A DNA stretch of 23,435 bases from contig JAOPTX010000028.1 in assembly GCA_051532055.1 (NCBI GenBank), forward strand, positions 25,440 to 48,874. The letters run 5' to 3'. The translations under genes were made by a program, and so were the position numbers. The DNA comes from Fibrobacterales bacterium. GTDB taxonomy: Bacteria; Fibrobacterota; Fibrobacteria; Fibrobacterales; JAOPTW01. The notes below the pieces were generated by a model. It made no database searches and had not been told where the DNA came from. It saw only the letters and a program-made list of their open reading frames with translations. Positions 17,002 through 23,435 of the stretch are shown here, piece after piece; the first letter of the stretch is position 1; each line of letters starts with the position of its first letter.

Positions 17002-18681
17002 TTACCGCTTCATTACAATCCTGAGTCCTAAAAAGAGCGCAATCACCATTCCTGCAACCCCAAAAAGAGAGACATCATGCCAAAGAGGTGGAACCTTTGC
17101 AACGGTTACCATTGCCGCTCCCGCAATAAGTGCAGCCATTACAATTGCATATGCAAGTTTTTGCCCCGTTCGATCTATGCGCACCGAAATATCTTCAAGT
17201 CCTTTATGCATAAATTGTATTTGAATCTGTCCCTCTTTGACCTTACGTATAAAATCTTTTGTCTCCATGGGAATATCACTCAAAAAACTCACCATATCAT
17301 AACTATTCATAAACGCATTTTCAATTGCCTGTTTTGGAGAAAGCTGTTGGGTAATTAATTTACGCGCATAGGGCTTTAGTTGTTTCATAAGATTAAAATC
17401 GGGGTCAAGTCCACGAGCAATTCCCTCTATTGTCCCTACGGCTTTAATAAGTAAATACAATGAGTATGGTAACGTAAGTTGATATTTTTTAATCATACTA
17501 TACAGTTCACCAGAAAACTCTACCACATCAATGTGCTTTAAGTTCATGTACGAATATTTATCAACAAGCTCCTGAACATCAACCATGAGTGCCATGCGAA
17601 TATCTCTATCTTTACATCCAGTCAAGAATATTAATCCATCGGTCAACCGTTCGTAATCTTTATTCGAGAGGGCAATCATCCCCTGCCCAAGAGCCCTTTT
17701 CCACGTAGGTAGAATTGATCCCATCATACCAAAATCTAGAAAACAAATTCTTCCATCCTTTAAAATCCGAATATTACCAGGGTGGGGATCAGCATGGAAG
17801 AAGCCATTGATAAATACCTGCTGTAAAATGAGACCCGTTCCATCAGTTGCTATTTTTTTAAGATCAAACCCTTCATTTTTCAACCTACTTATTTCACTGG
17901 GCCGATACCCCTCAATATACTCCATGACCAATACAGAGTGTGAAGTATAGTCGTGATACAATCTTGGCACAACAATAGTTTTCGTATCCTGAAAGTGTTG
18001 AGCAAAACGTTGAATATGCGAAGCTTCATTCAGAAAATTAACCTCTTTCATAATGGTTTTGCGGAACTCCTCAATAAGTGCAACGGGGTTAAATCGAGCA
18101 ATAGAGCTATTATAACGAACGGCCAACATTGCCAATTGTCGCATGATATCCAAATCAGATGCAATGGTCTTATTAATCCCCGGTCTAAGAATTTTAACTA
18201 CTACATCTGCGCCACATTTTAAAGTCGCTCTATGCACTTGCCCAATAGATGCAGAAGCCAAAGGTATCCGATTAAACTCTTCAAATACTATATCGATTGG
18301 TGCGTTAAATTGCTCTAGAAGAGTTGTTTCTATAACCTTTTCAGAAAGCGGACGAGCATTCTCTTGTAAAAGTTCAAGCTCCTCAATAAGCTCTGCCGGC
18401 AGTAGGTCTGGACGGTTTGATAAAATTTGCCCCAGCTTCACAAAAGTTGGACCAAGTTCTTCCAATGCTAATCGGACACGCTCCCACCGATTTTCTCCTG
18501 CTGAATCTCGCTGGAAAAAAGCACCTAATCGAAAACCACTCGGCTCTTCTCCTGGTAATAAGTCATGAGAAAAGAGTTCATCTAATCCATAGGATATGAG
18601 TACCGAGACAATTTCCCGATATCGACTCAGTACAACAAGTCGGTTACCCGCAAGTTTATTAAGAAGATCGCGTCCTCGCAT
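17002..18681 (-). CDS. AarF/UbiB/ABC1-family atypical kinase
   Basis: LEELGPTFVKLGQILS.RPD, PLASASIGQVH.A, VVVKILRPG, LVMEYIEG, GFFHADPHPGNI, LDFGMMG, two C-terminal TM segments. Confidence 0.95.
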   Translation of the reverse strand: MRGRDLLNKLAGNRLVVLSRYREIVSVLISYGLDELFSHDLLPGEEPSGFRLGAFFQRDSAGENRWERVRLALEELGPTFVKLGQILSNRPDLLPAELIEELELLQENARPLSEKVIETTLLEQFNAPIDIVFEEFNRIPLASASIGQVHRATLKCGADVVVKILRPGINKTIASDLDIMRQLAMLAVRYNSSIARFNPVALIEEFRKTIMKEVNFLNEASHIQRFAQHFQDTKTIVVPRLYHDYTSHSVLVMEYIEGYRPSEISRLKNEGFDLKKIATDGTGLILQQVFINGFFHADPHPGNIRILKDGRICFLDFGMMGSILPTWKRALGQGMIALSNKDYERLTDGLIFLTGCKDRDIRMALMVDVQELVDKYSYMNLKHIDVVEFSGELYSMIKKYQLTLPYSLYLLIKAVGTIEGIARGLDPDFNLMKQLKPYARKLITQQLSPKQAIENAFMNSYDMVSFLSDIPMETKDFIRKVKEGQIQIQFMHKGLEDISVRIDRTGQKLAYAIVMAALIAGAAMVTVAKVPPLWHDVSLFGVAGMVIALFLGLRIVMKR

Positions 18682-18690
18682 TAGCCGCGC

Positions 18691-19002
18691 CTAGGAACCT
18701 TTCTTGAGTCGTTCAATTTCATCTTGTAACTCGGCGACCTTAGCCTCAAGATCATTGACCCTATTAGGGTTCATACTCTCAACACCTTTTTTAAGTTGAT
18801 CAAATTCACTTTTAACCAACTCTTTAATTTTAGTTCCCTCATCCTCAGCTTTCTGTCTCAGAGTTGCTACCATCTTTTTACCCTCTTCTTCAGTGAGCTC
18901 AAGATCTTTGGTCAACTCAGAGACCGTTTGTTCAACTTTCTCTTTGGTGAGGGCAGCCATTCCCACACCTGCGAGCATTGCATTTTTAAGGAGTTCTTTC
19001 AT
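18691..19002 (-). CDS. Phasin-family / coiled-coil protein
   Basis: LLKNAMLAGVG.A.LTKEKVE..V.EL...ELT.EEGKK.V pattern, C-terminal coiled coil, SD GAGGT, 9 nt upstream of the UbiB kinase. Confidence 0.8.
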   Translation of the reverse strand: MKELLKNAMLAGVGMAALTKEKVEQTVSELTKDLELTEEEGKKMVATLRQKAEDEGTKIKELVKSEFDQLKKGVESMNPNRVNDLEAKVAELQDEIERLKKGS

Positions 19003-19085
19003 ATCAACCTCTGGTTACTCTTTTACTAAAGTGTACCAATTTTTAGCAGAAATGAGGATGGATTCTCCTCAAAAAATGGGTGTTG

Positions 19086-19847
19086 CTATTTTACCATTCC
19101 ATATTTTCTCAATATGCTATAATGCTCTTTTGAGATTTGTTTAAGAGCCTGTTGAAATTGTCTAATAAGGTAGTCAGGCGTCGTTTTACTAAATGCATAA
19201 AACTGCTGTGTCTCTTTGATAACAAATGCAACAGTATACAGCCTTGGATCTATATTATTCAACGCAATATACTGATTAAAGCCATCCTCGGTATAGGCTA
19301 TTGCATCTACTCGATCGACACTGAGTTTCTTAAAGTTTTGTTTTACATCTGAAACTGATTGAAGCTGCTTTTCTTTCACACCAATACCCTTGAGGGCATC
19401 AATGGTAATATCTCCCCTGATAACCCCAATAGAGAGCTTTTGTGCCTCTTCCAAGGAAATCATTTCCGAAAAGTGACTTTTCTTCATGACCAGTACTTGT
19501 TTTGCCGAGAAAATCGGGCCTACCCACTTAAACAAATTGCGGCGTTCTTTTGTCATACCCATGGTAAAAAGCACCTGATTGTCCTTGGTTTGAACGTAAT
19601 TATACCCGCGAGCCCAAGGAAGCATCTGGATAGGTTGAGCTGAATACCCCATCTTATCCCATAGAGCATGTAAAAGATCTACTGAAAACCCTTTAAGAGT
19701 ATCGTTCTCCATATAATTGGCTGGCGCATAGTCTTCCGTCATATAGTTGAGATCATCAGCTGAAATTTTTTCAGTTTCTTGAGACCATAGGGACGTTGCC
19801 AACAACACAACCGCTAACAATGCTAGTGTATAGTTCAGTACATTCAT
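19086..19847 (-). CDS. Orphan substrate-binding protein, family 3 (amino-acid type)
   Basis: Signal peptide, TEDYAPANY, GFSVDLL, LPWARG, T.ER..LFKWVGPI, RVDAIAY, YAFSK.TPD..I..FQQAL. Confidence 0.9.
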   Translation of the reverse strand: MNVLNYTLALLAVVLLATSLWSQETEKISADDLNYMTEDYAPANYMENDTLKGFSVDLLHALWDKMGYSAQPIQMLPWARGYNYVQTKDNQVLFTMGMTKERRNLFKWVGPIFSAKQVLVMKKSHFSEMISLEEAQKLSIGVIRGDITIDALKGIGVKEKQLQSVSDVKQNFKKLSVDRVDAIAYTEDGFNQYIALNNIDPRLYTVAFVIKETQQFYAFSKTTPDYLIRQFQQALKQISKEHYSILRKYGMVK

Positions 19848-20073
19848 ACTAAAAGCTTACTACTTTTACCTGTTTTTTTGGGAAGTTCAATGAGTTATTG
19901 TAACATTGTACAGCATTAACCCATTTTAGAAGTTTTAGCTGTAAGGATTTTAACTAGTTGTTCTTGTTTGATATAAGTACACAAATAAGCAATGTACTAT
20001 GAATGTGTATTAAAAAATGTCGAATTTTCCATTGTGAAGGGTCAAATGATTAGATCCGAAAAATAAATAGAAA

Positions 20074-20105
20074 ATAAAAAAGCCATCCTAAGATGGCTTT
20101 TTTAT
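20074..20105 (-). terminator. Terminator directly after tRNA-Pro
   Basis: ATAAAAAAGCCATC-CTAA-GATGGCTTTTTTAT, 14-bp perfect stem with U-tract. Confidence 0.9.
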
Positions 20106-20106
20106 A

Positions 20107-20180
20107 TCGGGGAGACAGGATTCGAACCTACGACCGCCTGTTCCCAAAACAGGTGCTCTACCAGGCTGAGCTACTCCCCG
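20107..20180 (-). tRNA. tRNA-Pro (anticodon TGG), CCA not encoded
   Basis: CGGGGAG/CTCCCCG acceptor stem, D-arm GCTCAGCCTGGTAGAGC, anticodon arm CCTGT-TTTGGGA-ACAGG, T-loop GGTTCGAATCC. Confidence 0.97.
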
Positions 20181-20191
20181 GTCGTGGGACA

Positions 20192-20220
20192 AATATATAA
20201 TTGATATCGATTTGATTCAA
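20192..20220 (-). promoter_or_regulatory. Sigma-70-type promoter of tRNA-Pro
   Basis: TTGAAT-17nt-TATATT(TG), ending 11 nt before the tRNA 5' end. Confidence 0.7.
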
Positions 20221-20367
20221 GGGCATAGTGCAGAAATAGTGTAAAATATTTGAAAGAATATCTATTAACATTATCTCTACCATACCATATTAAACACTTT
20301 GTTTAATATCCACTCCTCCCAGTGCGTTTATTTTGTTTTTTAAGATACAATGTGATACAATATTGAC

Positions 20368-21942
20368 ATGACACCAGACTCTCAGGCTTTACATAAACAA
20401 CACGTCGAGGAACGCTCAGAGCCGCCTACAAGTAGAAAGCGGGGTTTTATTTATGGATTCGTTTTAATTCTTTTTCTGACAACTGTCTGTGTCATCATAT
20501 ATTTATCAATTAGCCAAAAACTCATAGATAAGCTTCACACTGAAGAACGCTCTCGGTTTAATTCAATTCAGGCAAAATTTGATGTAAAAATGAAACTTAT
20601 AGCTTCTGAAATCAATTTAATTGTAAACAACTCACTCACTCTAGAGGCATTTAATAAAGAACCTTTTGCTCAAAAACACCTGACTCTTACTCTAAAACAA
20701 ATATTAGAGTCTGACGAAGCATATCTGCAACTTCGACTCTTTGACTCTATCGGCAATGAGTTTATTCGAATCAATAAAATAGGATACCAATCGGGTACCA
20801 TTGTCCCCCAATATCAACTCCAAAATAAAGCCAACCGATACTACTTCACTAAAGCTTCAGTACTTCCCCCTCAAAGACTTTACATCTCTCCTATTGACCT
20901 TAATATGGAAAATAGAATTATTGAAACCCCCTACAAACCAGTCATTCGGTTTTGCGCTCCAATTTTTAACACTGATAAAAGACTGATTGGTGTTGCTGTA
21001 ATTAATTATTCTGGAAGTGCACTCTTTGATTTAATAACAACCTCCCAGAGCAATTCACTTCTTCCCCTTGACATCCTCAACAACTCTGGGTACTACCTCT
21101 CCTCACCCGATTCCAGTAAAACGTGGGGATTTATGTTCCCTGAACGTGAACATCATCGCTATGACCTACAACATTCCACTGAGTGGCGAACCATCATAAC
21201 TCAAAAGCAAGGAGTTATTCAAACTGCTGATGATCATATCGTTTTCTCCGAACTCAAAATACAACTCCCCCATCCATTCAGTTCAAGTAGCCAGCATACA
21301 CTCTATGCTCTCTGCACAATTCCTCAGGTAACAATAGCTGCGATAACTAACCAACTCATGTTTGGTCTTCAAACAGGGTTTATTCTTCTTGGACCTCTCC
21401 TCTTCTATTTAGGATGGCGCGTTGGCAACTATCAAGTGCATCAGAAATGGCTTTTCTCACTCCTAGAACAGGAGGCAACCCATGACCCTCTTACAGGACT
21501 TTACAATAGAAAAGCGCTCTTTGAAGTTCTAAAAAAGTCAATGTTTCAAACGATCCGTCGACAATCCTCACTTTCTGTATGTTTTATAGATCTCAATGAC
21601 CTCAAAACTATCAATGACAAATTTGGTCATAAAATGGGTGATACCATGCTCAAATTTTGTTCCGATGCAATTCTCTCTAATATTCGAGTATCAGACTCAG
21701 CATCACGCATAGGGGGTGATGAATTTGTGGTTGTCTTTCCTGACTGTTCTGTTAATAGCGCCGAGATAATTCTTCAAAGAATTACTGCATCATTTACTGC
21801 GAGCTCTGTTGAAGCACACGGTCATTTGTGGTATATCAGTTATGGGTGTACCGAAATGCTTAAGGATGATATTCATCCCGAATCTATCATTGATCGTGCC
21901 GACAAACTTATGTATGAGAATAAAAACCAGAAAAAAAAATAA
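20368..21942 (+). CDS. Membrane diguanylate cyclase with periplasmic Cache-type sensor domain
   Basis: Two TM segments flanking QLRLFD..G.E..R / K.NRYYF / YISPIDLNME / PVIRF..P. Then HDPLTGLYNR, IDLNDLKTINDKFGHKMGD, RVSD I-site and intact GGDEF. Confidence 0.93.
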   Translation: MTPDSQALHKQHVEERSEPPTSRKRGFIYGFVLILFLTTVCVIIYLSISQKLIDKLHTEERSRFNSIQAKFDVKMKLIASEINLIVNNSLTLEAFNKEPFAQKHLTLTLKQILESDEAYLQLRLFDSIGNEFIRINKIGYQSGTIVPQYQLQNKANRYYFTKASVLPPQRLYISPIDLNMENRIIETPYKPVIRFCAPIFNTDKRLIGVAVINYSGSALFDLITTSQSNSLLPLDILNNSGYYLSSPDSSKTWGFMFPEREHHRYDLQHSTEWRTIITQKQGVIQTADDHIVFSELKIQLPHPFSSSSQHTLYALCTIPQVTIAAITNQLMFGLQTGFILLGPLLFYLGWRVGNYQVHQKWLFSLLEQEATHDPLTGLYNRKALFEVLKKSMFQTIRRQSSLSVCFIDLNDLKTINDKFGHKMGDTMLKFCSDAILSNIRVSDSASRIGGDEFVVVFPDCSVNSAEIILQRITASFTASSVEAHGHLWYISYGCTEMLKDDIHPESIIDRADKLMYENKNQKKK

Positions 21943-22052
21943 AAAGTTATAACATCAGTTCACACGACTCCCTTTTTTTTCGCAATATGCAAAAAAACAC
22001 TCAAAAGAGAGTAGCTTTTAAATCGTCTGTATAGTAGCTATTAGATATTCCT

Positions 22053-22577
22053 CTATGACACTTTAAATTCAGAGACCGAAGTCTTAAGGTCTGCAGACAT
22101 GTTACTCATATCTTCTGCACTCGTTTTAATTTGACTCATTCCATCACTAATAGTATTTATTGCCCCACTTAAAAGGCTTACTTTCTCAGACACTTCAGCT
22201 ATGACAGCAGATGACTCTTGTACATTCCGCGACACCTCTTGGCTCGACTCTCCTACTTGCCCAATACCACTTGATATTTCGTTAATTGTTGCTGACTGTT
22301 CTTCTACGGCGCTCACAATTGTTTGCGAGATAGAGTTGACCTCATCAATTACAGAAGTAATATCTTCAATTGCTTTAACTGATGCACTCGTATTTTCTCG
22401 CATACCAGCAATCTGTTTTCCTATTTCACCTGTCGCTTGCACAGTTTACTTAGCAAGTTTCTCATCAAAGCTATAGAATGTAAAAAGTGTCACAAGTACA
22501 ATAGCAAGAACTGGAACTCCAAAACCAATGATAGTTTTCATTTTTATGCTGAGATTATTAATACGAGACTGTGTCAT
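22053..22577 (-). pseudogene. Methyl-accepting chemotaxis protein remnant (internal deletion plus in-frame stop)
   Basis: MCP-like N-terminus and TM1 (LSIKMKTIIGFGVPVLAIVLV) are in frame with LAK*TVQATGEI...I.EVNSISQTIVSAVEEQSATINEIS...L..SVSEFKV. TAA at 22446-22448. Confidence 0.8.
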
Positions 22578-22653
22578 ACAACACTTGTTGTACGTTAAAC
22601 TTTCACAACTATTGCTATACCATACATACACTCAAACTGATTTTATTGTTTAC

Positions 22654-23097
22654 TTATATGATAATTTTGTCAACCGTAGGTTTTAATAATTGTTTATAAG
22701 CCATGTCATGAATCAATATGTGGTCATTCCACCAATAACTAAAATACTCAACCATCTCTGGAATTATTATCCGGTGCTCTTTTAATACCCGTTTACAGAA
22801 AAAAGTAGACTTATCCATAAAGACATTGTGATACTCTATATGTTGTTTTAATTCATCTACAGGAAGATGAACATTCATCAACATTTTTTCTTCAGCTTCA
22901 AAATGTTTGAGAGAATATTCTGTCATAAAGCAAATTGCTTCAGAAATATGAGAATAACTTATTGCATTATCATTGTGACAAAGATCAATTAACTTATTTA
23001 TTTTATTAATGATGATTCGATGCTGGGCATCCATTTTTGAATTACCTACACTAAACGAATCATCCCAAATAATCTTGTATTTTAAAAGGCTCTGCAT
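22654..23097 (-). CDS. Bacteriohemerythrin (single-domain)
   Basis: WDDSFSVG..MDAQH, HFEAEE, HIEYH, WW.DHILIHD: full di-iron ligand set. Start ATG 23097 preferred, ATG 23121 possible. Confidence 0.9.
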   Translation of the reverse strand: MQSLLKYKIIWDDSFSVGNSKMDAQHRIIINKINKLIDLCHNDNAISYSHISEAICFMTEYSLKHFEAEEKMLMNVHLPVDELKQHIEYHNVFMDKSTFFCKRVLKEHRIIIPEMVEYFSYWWNDHILIHDMAYKQLLKPTVDKIII

Positions 23098-23150
23098 AGT
23101 ATTATTATACCATAGAACCATAGTTTATGCGATAAACTCACACAAAAGAC

Positions 23151-23196
23151 AAATAAAACACCCCTATTCTCTTAAGAAAATAGGGGTGTTTTATTT
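23151..23196 (-). terminator. Terminator after hisD
   Basis: 18-bp inverted repeat AAATAAAACACCCCTATT / AATAGGGGTGTTTTATTT, 21 nt after the hisD stop. Confidence 0.85.
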
Positions 23197-23217
23197 TATA
23201 TTAATTTTTGAGTTACT

Positions 23218-23435
23218 TTATTTCATTCGCTTCGCTACTGATGCAGCATGGTGAATAAAGCCTTCATCTGTCGCAAGATCAAATACAAATTTACCATTTT
23301 TATCGATTGCTTGTTTAGTATACTCAATAATAGAAGTACGCTTCATATAATCATACACTCCAAGAGGCGATGAAAAACGAGCCGTTCCATTGGTAGGAAG
23401 AACATGATTAGGTCCTGCAATATAGTCACCCACTG
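23218..23435 (-). CDS. hisD: Histidinol dehydrogenase, 3' end (partial)
   Basis: [32 protein letters not shown]...EG...HA.SV..R. Confidence 0.95.
   Translation of the reverse strand, partial: VGDYIAGPNHVLPTNGTARFSSPLGVYDYMKRTSIIEYTKQAIDKNGKFVFDLATDEGFIHHAASVAKRMK

Noticed and set aside
2822..19643. Numerous 60-140 aa ORFs antisense to or overlapping the long genes (e.g. 6119-6442, 6493-6873, 8584-8985, 9437-9802, 11207-11608, 18143-18568)
   Set aside because: They are shadow ORFs of well-supported genes, with no motifs or translation signals.
20107..20180. tRNA-Pro as an integration site for a genomic island
   Set aside because: No integrase and no duplicated tRNA 3' end seen in the window, and the native terminator follows immediately.
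22446..22448. In-frame stop as programmed readthrough or selenocysteine/pyrrolysine recoding
   Set aside because: The codon is TAA, not TGA or TAG, and the gene also lacks most of its essential domains.

Overview
AT-rich bacterial chromosomal segment with no integrase, transposase or CRISPR array. Ser-rich-linker lipoproteins and TATATTTG-type -10 boxes suggest a Fibrobacterota/FCB-group polysaccharide degrader (inference). It carries housekeeping or common genes: hrpB, a YwbE-family gene, cstA, a phasin-like/UbiB-kinase pair, tRNA-Pro(TGG) and the 3' end of hisD. It also has three lipoproteins with long Ser/acidic tethers (GH12-like, GH3, ADP-ribosylglycohydrolase-fold), a frameshifted LTA-synthase/sulfatase-family gene with a MopE-like motif, and a signalling cluster (orphan solute-binding proteins, diguanylate cyclase, hemerythrin, a decayed chemoreceptor). 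The best candidate for an undescribed system is at 4763-7438: an ECF sigma/anti-sigma pair divergent from a Cys/His-rich secreted protein, a TlpA-type thiol reductase and a ligand-free paralog. Three copies of the same promoter-like motif, GCAATC-N15-TCGTYT, link them, pointing to a self-contained extracytoplasmic metal/thiol-redox regulon.
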